Shown here in pieces: positions 42,301 through 54,300 of a stretch of 64,000 nt of DNA. A program made the translations under genes and the position numbers. Position 1 is the stretch's first letter; every line of letters begins with the position of its first letter. The notes beneath the pieces were generated by a model, which had not been told where the DNA came from, did no database searches, and was given only the letters and a program-made list of their open reading frames with translations. The DNA comes from Endomicrobiales bacterium (GTDB lineage: Bacteria > Elusimicrobiota > Endomicrobiia > Endomicrobiales > CAWCFT01): assembly GCA_963794945.1 (NCBI GenBank), contig CAWCFT010000006.1, positions 96,001 through 160,000 of the forward strand, in the 5' to 3' direction.

Positions 42301-45300
42301 TATATGTCGGTTCGTTTGGATTTATCTGTTGAGTATAAATATAATTGTTTTCGGCTTTATCCTGCCACGTCCTTCCTAGCCTTGAGTGGTAATCAAACTT
42401 TTTCGCGGCCAGTGTAAGGGATAGAGTTTTATCGCCTGTTTTTACCTGCTGAGTATATTCTCCCTCAATTCCTTCAGGTTCAAGCGCGGTAATATTTTTG
42501 CTCTTTTGCGGCCTTAAGCGGCCTATAAACGTTTCTAACGCTTTGGCCGCTCCTGTTTTGCCCGCCTTTGACATCTTAACCAGCAGGTCTTCAACATTAT
42601 TGTGAAAGTTATTGACATCGGATTTCGCCAGGCGGAGCAATCTCGAGCTGATCTCAGGATTATTCAGAGCCTCAATAATTTCCAGCATAAAAGGAGGCTG
42701 TATTTTAACCGGGGTTTTGTTATCGCCCAAAGTTTTATTGGCCGCTGTTTGTTTCCTGGCCTCTGCGGGAGTTTCTATTTGAAGTTCTCCCACAGTTAAA
42801 GTATTGCCGGGAAAGAAAATATTGTAAATGAAATGCGAAATTGAATTTGCTATATAAGCGGCCACGGATGCCGCGAGAATGGAATGTTCAAAACCAAAAT
42901 ACGCGCCTAAACCTGCAAGCAGCGTCAGCGCCCAGATACCCGCCGCACCCCAACCGCGGAACTTGCCAAGGCCGGCCTTGCCTCTAACTAAAGATGCTGT
43001 ATGCGCCGTAATATCAGCGATGTTCCAAACCGGGATCAAAGGCATGATCAATTCAGTTATGCGCGCGCTCCAGCCAAGACGGCGGCCGTGCTTGTAGCTC
43101 CAATCTGTGGTCAGCGCCCCGTTCTCTTTGGCTTTAATCGTATCGAACCAAACAGCCATGCTTTTATTGGCTATGGTATTTTGCGAATAATATTTATTCT
43201 GCCATACATCTATAGGGTCAAGGCCGTTATAAGCCCTCACGGGATTGTTGATTTTCTGGAGCTGATACCGCCAGCGATAGTGATCGTATACGTCCAACGC
43301 ATGCGCCGCGTACATCTGAGCCAACTCTCTGTCATTTTTGATGATCGTGAGGTTTTCGTCATTGTTGTAAGACGCCCTGTAACCGAGGTTATGGCTGCCA
43401 GTGATCACCTTACAGTTATCAGTGAAAGGGTCAATAACAATGATCTTGTCATGGATAATGGCATGGGCGCCCGGAGAAGATTTTAATAGTTCCTGCTGCC
43501 AGTAGCCGAATTGATCCTGAGCGTTAACAGCGGAGGCAGTTACTACGGAGTCGGCCTGCTCCATGCTTCCGTGAAAAAGAGAAACATAATGAGCCGTCGC
43601 CTTGGGATCCGTGACCGCTCCGCGCACAAAAAGCGAAGGGTTTTTCTCTTGAGCTTCAGCGATAACATCCATGAACGAGGGGCTTCCCGGCTGAAAAGCC
43701 AGGAAGAGCACCGACTCTTTAGCCGACCGTATCGCGTCCGCGACCGCAGCCATGTCCGCCGGCTCTTCCGGGTCTTTCTGCGGCTTATTCTTAAGCTGGG
43801 TATTTGGTGAAAAATAAAGACTGAGTTCGCTGCCATCCACCATCAAAGGCGGTATTTCTTCATTGTTCCTGCTTCTAAACTCCGCGGATTGTTCAGCGCC
43901 GTCCGCTTTCAGCCGCTCCCAGTAATCTTTGAAAGCCGAGGCATAGTTCGGGTCTTCAATAATGAGAGTATTATTCGATTGCGCGCAAAGAGCCGTAGAG
44001 GTCCAATTAGTACTGCCTGTTGCCACGGCCTGAGCGTTCCCATTTTTATCAACATAAACCGTGAATTTATTATGGCCTATATGGCCGCTTGTGAGCATGC
44101 GGTCATAAATATCAACTCCGGAATCGTGCAGTGACTGCCTTGCCTCAACATCGGTTGCGTCATCCTGTCCGGTATTTGAAAGTATTATATGCAGTTTTTT
44201 GTTGCCTTTAAGCATTTCCAGCAATTCAGGGTCATTTAATTCATAAAGCGCCAGATAGCATTCGCCGCCTTCCTGTTCAGCGCGCTTGACCAAAATGTTT
44301 AATGCCTCTATCATTTGCCCGGCAAGCTCACCGCGCATAGAATCACCCGGCGTGTTTATGTGGCCAAGAAGGGCCTGGTAACTCGGTTGTCCATCGGGCA
44401 TTTGCGGTAATCGATGAGCCAGCGATTGCGTTGAAAGTATCCGCGGTTAAAGAAGGCCTTGATCTTTCCGGCGCCGGGAGAGACAGTGACCTGGCCGGTT
44501 TTTAGAGTGTTGGCGGTATCGGGTTTAAGGTCGCCCGGCTTGCCTATCATTGGAACCACTTCATAAACATACGAAGCCCCGCGCTCGGCTTCAAGGTCTC
44601 GCCAGTTGAACCTCTGAACCGGCCAAATGCTTGTATCTTTGGGTTCCCATTTGTCATTTTTCTGGCCTTTAAAACCCACCCACGCCGGGAGTATTACGCG
44701 GTTACCGGTTTTTGCATCGGTGCGGTATACAGCGAACCCAAGGCAATTCGGGATCTTCTCCGGATACTGCCAGGCAATAAAAGCAACGTCATTGTTCGCA
44801 TAAGCCACAGCTCTTTTTAAAGAAGCTGCTTCGCCTTCTTCAGTGCCCACAGTAAGCGAATGCCGTTTAAAGATGAGGTTATATAAATAGTGAGTGATTG
44901 AATTTGCAAGGTAGGCGGCTGCGGTTGCAGTAAGAATAGAGTGCCCGAAATAGAGATATGTGACAAATGCTGCCAACTGCGTAGCCTTAAAGATAATCGC
45001 CGCGCCTGTTCCGCGAAATCTATCAAGCCCCGCCATATCTTGGAGCTTTTGGTTCTTTATGTCTAATAACTTCGCAATTCCGGCCGCTATCAGCAGCCCA
45101 GTATGCGCAAAAGAATCAGCTATACCCCAAACAGGCACCCACGGCATGCGCAGTTCAGTCGCGCGTTTATCCCAGCCCAGGCGCCTGCCCATTGCGTAGC
45201 TCCATCCTGTTATCAGCGCTTTGTCCGTATGTTTAGATAACTCCGGCCCCGCCGTTATTGCTCGTTCCTCTTCAATTGTATTGAACCACTTTTTCTTAAA

Positions 45301-48300
45301 TTCGATCAAAGCCTTCTTTTCCGGAACGCCGGCGACAGTACCTACAAGCACGAACTCTTTGCTGCCGAGTATCGGCCCGTGGTCGTCGCTTTCCGCGGCG
45401 GGCGTGTACGAAAAATTGAAATGATCCGAGATTATTTTGGCGATACGGTTAAGATCATTTTCTTTCCCAACTCCGGAATACAGGTAGTTGACGCTTATGC
45501 CATCCAAACCGTAGCTTTTGCATTCCGCTATAAGGGCGATCAGCATGTTAAGGTTTTGGTCTTTCCCGTCAAATATCCTTTGTTCAACCAGTTTCTCGAG
45601 TTCGCCGTCGTTCATTTTAGCGCGGAGCGCGCCCATTAGCTCCGGCCCAAGCGGATAGTACAGCATCGGGTGCGCGAGGATCACCTTCCCGCCGTACTGA
45701 TGAACGGTTTCTATAAGCTCCTTATTTGTCAAAATAGGCTGTTGAAAACCGTCTTTATTCAACGCTTTTTTCATGTATTTTGCGTCGTCATAATAGTGGT
45801 TGAGCAAATCTATAAATACGGTGCTTTTCCTTCCTGCCACCCCGATCACCTTGCGGCGTATAAGTTCGTAAGACTTGTCGCTGAGCATGATCTTCATGAC
45901 ATTTTCAGCTATACGGAATTTGCCGGGGTTAGACCCTTCTTTAATTTCAAACGCCTTTTCGATCTCTTCTAGAGAAGCTGTTTTCCTTAAATAGATATCT
46001 TTTTTGTTTACCCCTATGTCCTTGAACCTCAGGCCGGTGACGGCCTCGAACGCGTTATCGGCCGCTTCGAAATCGATATCAAATTTTTGCAGTTTTAATG
46101 ACCCATGCTTAAATATCTTTTTTAAGACTCCCGTCAAAAGTTCTCTTCTAATTTCCGCTTTTCTTCTGTGTTTTTCGCTTAAAGGCTCTATTATTCCCAT
46201 CTCGTCCGGGCTGACATTGGAAATAACCATATCGTACTTTGTACCTTTTTCAGTATTGTCATGAACATTTTTCAATGTGATCTCTGCCGCGGGTACCAGC
46301 ACTATCCTGTCTTCAACAGGTTTATTGCTGTTGTACGCATCCACGAACGGTTTCGCGGACAGATATCCCGCAAACGTGTTATGGTCAGTTATCTGCAGCA
46401 CCTGGACTCCGGCACCGATCGCAGCCTTCACCTGATCAATCGCCGTAACGGCGCCGTCGGAACCGGTTGCGGTATGCATGTGCATATCGATCATCCCGTT
46501 TTCGCGGTCGGCATCAGTAATCGCCGAACCGATCTTGAAACGGCTGTTCCCGAATAATTCCGTCAGGGCATCATTGATCTTTCGCCTGCTGACATTTTTG
46601 TCAGAAGGGTTCTCAATAGCAAGCGCAGGGCCAGCAGCCGGCACATTGGGCGCGGGATCAATTTTATTCTTGCGAAGCGTGTGGCCGGCTTCATGATCTG
46701 TATCAACGTTTGATGCTTTAGGCGCGCTCTCGCCCCATCTTTCTTCAAGTTTAGCCAGCAGCTCTTTTTCTACAAAACTACTCGCCGGATCCTGCCTAGA
46801 CCTTACTATATAATACTGCGCTACTTTCCTTTTTACGCTTTCGGGAAGCTTCACAACTTCCGGGTCATATAGAAGCCTTGCCATGTTTAATTGGATGCAT
46901 TTGCCGCAAACGCCGCATGTTCCTTCAAATAACGGAAATTCTGGAAATTTTTTCATAAACCAGTTTTTTTTAATGGTATACATATCGGAGCTAAGAACAC
47001 ACGGGCTTGTAAGTTTAAATATTTGAGGGTATTTAATTATAAATTGTCTTATAAGCTCTTCCTCGCTCATCTTATTGATAGGGCTGATCTTTAAGCCCAT
47101 GCCCTTTTGTTTGAAAAGTTTTTCCAACGCGTTGTTGCTTTGCACAGTTTCTGCGTACCATGACTCCTCTTCATAAGAGCGCATAGTATTTCATCAGCGC
47201 CCTTTTCATAAGCGATCGGCAGCAACAGCGCGTATATCAAGGCATCCCGCACCTGGAATCCATTCCCCCGTGAACCGTTACGCAATGAATTAATTCAGCG
47301 GCACAACAAGCGGCTTGTTCGGCAATTTTTCGGACAAAATAGACACACTCTTTAATTCCCTTGTCTGAGTCGCCTTGTTAATATTTGCGATATGCACTGG
47401 TATCGTATTATTTTCCAACGTTATGAACGCCGAATCTTTTCCGCCTGAAAGCGTTGAAAGCTTTATTCCTGATGCCTTATAGCCTGGAACCGGCGCGAAT
47501 TTAGTTTTGGGCCCGGTTATTCCGGGCATAGGCTGGCCAAAATAATCATACAATCCTTTAAGCCAAACAAGCGCGTCTTCGTCTACCGGAATATCCGTGA
47601 ATATTTCTTTTATTGTGCCATTGGGCTTTGCGTCAGCAAACGCGTAAAACAGCAGGAAGTTGTCGATAAGCCCTTTTATAGTTGGATTGAGGTTTTTGCA
47701 CCAGGCGATTTGATTGTTCTTTTCAAATTCACTAAAATACTTGCTTGATTCTGAACCCTTAGAATATTCAGAAAGGTCATTGACCATGCCAAGCCTCTGG
47801 CGGGGTCCGTCTTCAAGTATAGCCATGCCGTTGCCGTCTCTCACTACGTATATGCTGTCTTTTATCTCATTGATGGGATAGATAGCGTTGGTTTTTAAGC
47901 TGTCATCATTTGAATATAATTCCCTGTCAACAGCCACCTCAAGCAAACGCATGCGTTTTTTATAAGTTTCCCACATATAACGCTGCAGTGCCCGGGCCTG
48001 GCTGAGAGATGTATTAACCCATACGCCGCCCCAGTCGCGGTTGCCGGCTTCAACCCATTCTTTGGGCAGATAATTCCATTTATTCATTGAAAATGTAAAG
48101 ACATTTGGATTTTCTTTCAGCCCAAGTGATTGGTTGCCTTCAGTGACGATTTTATAGCCTTTTATATACTGCTTGCCATTGATCTCTACTGTTTCCAGTT
48201 CATTTGTTCTCTTGCCTTTATGAACACCTGTCCCCCTGTCTTTTTCATCGGGAAGGTTCATCCCTTCTGCAAGGTTTCGGCCGGAATCATAATTAAGACT

Positions 48301-51300
48301 CGGAGAGCCAATGGCTGTTAGTTCATTTTTGCCGGCAGTATTCGGATTATCGCGGGTATCAGGAGTGTCAAATAAAACTTTGCTGTGTATTTCGCCAACG
48401 GTAAGAGTATTGCCGGGAAAGAAGAGGTTATAAACGAAATGTGAGATTGAATTGGCGAGATAAGCGGCCACGGATGCCGCGAGAATTGAATGTTCAAAAC
48501 CAAAATACGCGCCAACACCCGCGAGCAGCGTCAGAGCCCAGATACCAGCCGCGCCCCAACCGCGAAATTTTCCAAGCCCGGCCTTGCCTCTAACTAAGGA
48601 TACTGTATGCGCTGTAATATCAACGATGTTCCATACCGGTATCAAAGGCATGGCTAATTGGGTTGTGTGTTCTCTCATCCCCAGTTTTTCACCCAGCCAA
48701 TAGCTCCAGCTGGTGGTCAAGACATTGTCGGCTACATCCGGAAGCCGGGAAGTCAAATTCAAATTTTTAGCGCGCAGCGCGCGTCCGGCCTCATCGTTGA
48801 ACAGGTATGACCGGCCGTCCTTGGCGATCTCAACTAACTGATGGAGCTGGTCATACCCGGCGGGCTTGGGCGCCGGCATGGCCTCCAGCTTTTTGTATAT
48901 CTCGCCCAATGCCAAGTAGGCCTGTTCGCGCGTGATGCCGGCCAGCTCAACAGCCTTTATAACGGCATTGAAATAGTATTCGAAAGCATGGGCAGTATTG
49001 CCCGCGGCCATAGCTTCATCGCCTTTTCGGACATATGCAGCCGAATCCCAATTATCTTCGTCTCCGGCATTGGCAACATGATAGTATATCCCGCTAATAT
49101 GCGGCCTTCCGGGCAATACCAGTTTTAAGTTCTTAAATGAATCTTCTATGTATAACCCATTTACTTTGCCTTTTCCGCCATCATTGGCCAGTTCAAACTC
49201 ATCGAGTTTGCCGGCCTTATTCTGGGAACCATTTGTGAATATGATCTTTTCAAAATGCATATCCAGCGCGTCAAGTATTTCCCTTGTCCGCTGTTCGTCC
49301 ATTGCCGGTTCGCGGGCAGTAAGGCCCACAAGCTCAAAACCCGCTTCCTTGAATTCCTTAAGCATGCGGGGCAGTTCGTCATCCATTCGGCGGAAGAAAA
49401 AGCCATTGGCCATCTGGCGCCTTTCGTGCGAGTCGCGGTTCCAGCCCCACCAATTGCGCGCTTTATCAAAACCGTATTCTTTATCTACGTTCTCGAACCA
49501 TTTGCTTGATGAAATGTAGCCCATGGAACGGAACAGGGTCAGATCAAAATCAAAGTACAGCCGGTTCATGCCGTTTTCGGCGCGCAGTTTCTTGGCATAA
49601 TCTACGAGGCCGAGCCCGTTTATGTTTTCATAAGAGGCCGCCGGCACTATGCCGGCCTTCCTTCACCAGCGGGTCCTGGGCATCGAACTCGCCGCCGCCA
49701 AAAACATCGGCCGCTGTTTTGTTGCTGTTGTCGGTGCGTTCAGAAACGCCTGGTTTTGCAATAATTTTATATGTTATGCCTTGCACTCCGGCGCGGGCCG
49801 GCGCCGGCTGGCCATCTTCTCCCGCCGGCAATATACCAGCTCTAAGAACTTCCAGATATTTATAAGCGCTGTAAAAAGCTTTTTCCACGTCGCCGCGCGA
49901 CAAATAAGAATCTATTTCTTTCTCATACTTGTTCATGCCAGGCGTGATCTCCATATTTTCATGAAGAACTTTCAGAATCTGCCCTATTCTCTGTTTTATT
50001 TTTTCCAGGCCCACTTCCTGAGACCTGTTCATATGCGTTAAAAATGTTTTGTCCAGAAATATCTTTGCCCACATCAGGGCATTTTTGGGCGAGGGGGTTC
50101 CGGCCGAGTTGTAAATATCATCCCCCCACACCATCCTGCCAAGGTACCACGCGAAAAGCACAGAATTAACCCTCTCCTGATGGGATAACAGGTACTCTTT
50201 GCCAACGGTAATGCAGTCAAGTTTTCTGGGTATACCTGGAATATCCAGTTTTAAGACCGGCTGTACGCGAGCCTCTTTGACCGCGGGGTCGTCAATTACC
50301 GCGATAACATCTATGTCGCGCGGATTTTTTTCCGCTTTAAGGATACTGCCGTAAAGGCATACGCTGAGCACTTTATGCCCGTTTAACTGTTTTTCAATAA
50401 ACGGAAGAAGTTCTTTGAGCTTCTTTAGCCTCTGGTTTAACGTTTTTATATCCCCGGCTGAAGCGCCTTGCGAAGTTTTCCGCGCGGAAAAACTATTAAA
50501 GGCTTCGTCAAACCCGGTTTCTCTGGGATGTTCTCCCACTCCCCATTTGTCATATATAAACCAGGTGTTCTCATTGCCCATTTCCGGCACAAATGCCATG
50601 TACTCTTCATTAACTGACAGGTTGCCCGGCGTAAGGACTTTAAGGCCGTTCAATTCCGTGAATATGTATTTTATCTCGCCGAGCGTTGCCGATTCTCTCA
50701 GCGTGGTGAGTATCCTGTCTTTCAATATCCGCTCGGCGGCGTACTTTACCCCCGGGTAACGGGCGATAATATGTTCGAAATCTTTCTTCTTCATTGTCAG
50801 GAAAACAGCTTGTTCTCCGGGCTTCACGCGGCACGTGGCGTTGGGAGAGTAATCTTTTTCGAAAAGCGACATTTCGCCGACACACTCGCCCGCTTTCCTT
50901 GTTTCAAGGTATTTTTCAGCGCCGTTAACATTTTTTACGACTTCAACTTCTCCCTGGTCGATCAAAAATATCTTATCGCCCTTTATTCCTTCTTCAATAA
51001 ATACCGCTGGTTCACTGCCGGCTTCCAAGGTTTCTTCTGAAACATATGAAGCGATAAGCTCACGGGTTTTCAAGGGCAGCGAAGAAAATATTTCCATTTT
51101 CCCGATCCTTGAGGCCAGCGTAGTTTTCTTATCAGCCGTTTCACCGACGTTAGCCTGCACGAATTCCGGCGCTTTGGCTGTCTTTGTTTGCCCCACTAAT
51201 ATTATCTCTCCGTCATTGCTGTTTATAACTGATGTTTCCTTTGACACTGCTCCGATACAGTTAATTGTTTTAGCGCAGCCGCTGGCGCGCATTGCAGAGG

Positions 51301-54300
51301 CCCTGCTGAGCATACCGCCAATACCGTTCTGTTTCTATTTTTCCCGTTATGATAATATCCGAAGGGTATTTGACCGGCTCGCCAAAAATAAAATCCGCGG
51401 AGTTGTTATCAGACAGCTGTTCTTTGGAAAAAGCCGGAACATACACCAGCGTATTTCCGCCCGCTTCGGGGTCGTTCCTGAGCTTTACCATATAATCTTT
51501 ATGCCGGCCCTTAAGGAATTCAACGGACAAGCCGCCGGGCAGGAAGAACCTTCTTCCGTCGGAATCAAAATACCGGTCGATAAAATCGTCCGTGAAGTAT
51601 ACGAAATTCCTGATATCTGTGTATTCTTTCGTGTTCATTCTACTGATCGCGGGTTCAAGTTCCTTCTTCAATTCCTGCGGAGCGATTATAAATGACCCGT
51701 TCAGCGCCATTTTAACGGCTTGAGCCAGGGTTTTTTCATCGTAACGGGTAAGCACCACATAATCGATGTCTGTTGAAACTCCTTTTTCCTGAAGCTTTGT
51801 TTCGATATCACCGCGCGGGTCTATAACAAATTCCACCAGATGGTTATCGGCGTTGCGGGCAGAAATAAGCAAGGAGGCCGGCGATCCGCCGCTCTCTTTG
51901 AAAGGAACGGCCGTCATCCCTTTTTCAAGCGTGACCGGAGACGAACCGGCAATGCCGGTATTTCGTCCCAGCGGGTTTGTATGTTCGGCAGGCCCTGAGC
52001 TTTCTATTTTTTCCTGCTCTTCAACCGCCTTGAACCATTTCTTCTTGAAAGCTATCAGTGCGTCCCTGTCAGGAACGCCGCCTGCTGTGCCGACAACTAT
52101 ATTCGCTCTGTCATTCAAATAAGGGCCGTGGCAGTCCGTTTCTCCAGCCGGCAGGTACTTAAATTCCAGTTTATCGGCAAGTATTTTCGCGATTCGGTTT
52201 AAGTTATTGTTCCTGCTTGCCGTGCCGGAATACAGGTAATTTACGGATATGCCGTCCAGTCCGTAGCTTTTGTATTCCTTCATTATGCCGTATACTTTGC
52301 TAATGCCGCTCCCGTCTTTATTAATCTGGTTTTCAATAAATTCACTCAAACCATTGTCGTTAAAATTGTCCACGGCGTTAATGACATCCTGCTGCCTGTC
52401 GATGCCGAAGTACCGCATGGGATGGGTTAGTATAGCCTTTCCGCCCTGCTTGTGTATTTCAAAGATCAGCCTTTTAGTGCTCATGAACTCATTTTTGTCC
52501 GCGTAGCCGTCCAGCGTTTGTTTCAATACCTCATTATTTCCATAGAGCGAGAAGTTTTTTCCCATAAGCGCCTGATATACCGGTACCGCACGCCCAATGT
52601 TATCTGATACCTTCTTTGTTACTATTTTAAAACTGGAAGGCGTGAGGACCCTGTACAGCACACCTTCCGCCGTCCTGGTCCTGCTGGGATTAATTTCTTC
52701 TTTTACCGTCAAAAATTGTTTTAGTTCGGCTAGATCGATATCAGATAGCGGCCTGATGATAAAATCCTTTTGGCTTAAACCTATGTCTGCCAATGTCTTC
52801 ATGCTCTTTCCTGCCAGCAGCGAATCAGCTTCTTGCAGGTCAATTTTAAAATTACCGCTTGCGATCAATCCATAAAAATAATCGTTCAGTACCCGGTTTA
52901 ACAGCCTCGCTTTATCCGCGGAAAAGTATTTAGCTAACATTTGAGCAGTTCTATTTACGTTAATATTCGAAGCTACTATCTCTATCCCGGTAGTTTTGAC
53001 GGCTCCGTTATCTTCCTTGCCCCTTAACTCGATCTCCACTGCCGGAACGAGCACGATCTTATCTTCCAGCTGCCTGTTCTTATTTATTTCGTTAACGTAT
53101 TTTTCGGCGCGTTCAAGCGAAAAGACCGTGTCATGGTTTGTCAATTGAATTACCTGGTCGCCGGCGTCAACCGCGTTTTGGATCTGCTCTTCGACGGTTG
53201 CCGTGCCGTCAAACCCGTCCGAATCATGCATGTGCAGGTCTATCATTCCGTTTTTCCGGTCGGTTTCAGTTATCTCTGGGCCTACCTTAAACTTACTGTT
53301 CGCGTAGAGGGCTTCCAACGCGTCGCTTTTTATCATCTGCAGAAGCGCGTATTTGTCCAGCTTGCCCAGGCTTAAAAGTTTTGAGCTTACAAACGGGTTA
53401 TCTATCGCTTCCACAAGCGCTCTTTGAATAGGGCTCTTCGCCAGTTCAAGCAGGTTTTCCTTAACTACCGCGTTATCCGCTGTAATCTGCTGGAGTATTT
53501 CGGGGAAAGCGCTGAGTTCCCGCATGGGTACATGCTCGTAGTTCTCTATCGCTTCCTGGACATTCCTGTCGTTAGCGATCTTAAATATCAGGCCGTCGCT
53601 GCCAAACAGGTCTTTCTGTGCTCCATAAACCGCGAAAGTCTTTAAAAGCTTATAGATCAGCTCTGTCGAGGCAAGCGGGTTTACAAATATTTCCATCGCG
53701 GCCGTAATTTTATTGAACTCGCTTAACGCGGCTTTTACAGCTTGCGGGTTAAATGTCGTTTTTGTTTTTTCTTCTATCTTCGCAAGGACATCGGAAATAT
53801 TGAATCTTTTCTTCTCGTCCGCAGTGATCTGGATCCTTTCTCCGTTGAGCTCCACGATTATTCTATCTTTATCGATGTCTATCACCTTCGCACCCATTGA
53901 ACCAAGCGCAAGAGCGAGGGCGTTAGTGCCGAACAGTTTCGCCTGCTGTTTAGCAAGTTCAGCGTATATGATGCCGGATCCATCGGCGCCCGTGGTGATA
54001 TTCGGCGTTACCGCTAGATAAGATATTTGCCTGTCCCGCAGTATTTTCTTCAGGTCTTCGGTATGGAAACCGCCTGTAATTACAACTATTATTTCGGATT
54101 TTTTCAGCTGCTCGGAAAGGGTATTGTCTGCTGCGGATTTGGCAACGTCTTTGGAGATCCGCATGCCGGTCAGCGGCAGGTTTTTTATAAAACATTCGTT
54201 GCGCCTGCAGTTGCATTCATAAAAATCGTTGAGCAGGCCAAAATATTTTGTCAGGTCTTTTATCTTGCTGTCATATGAGTACTTGTTCCATACCGAATCG

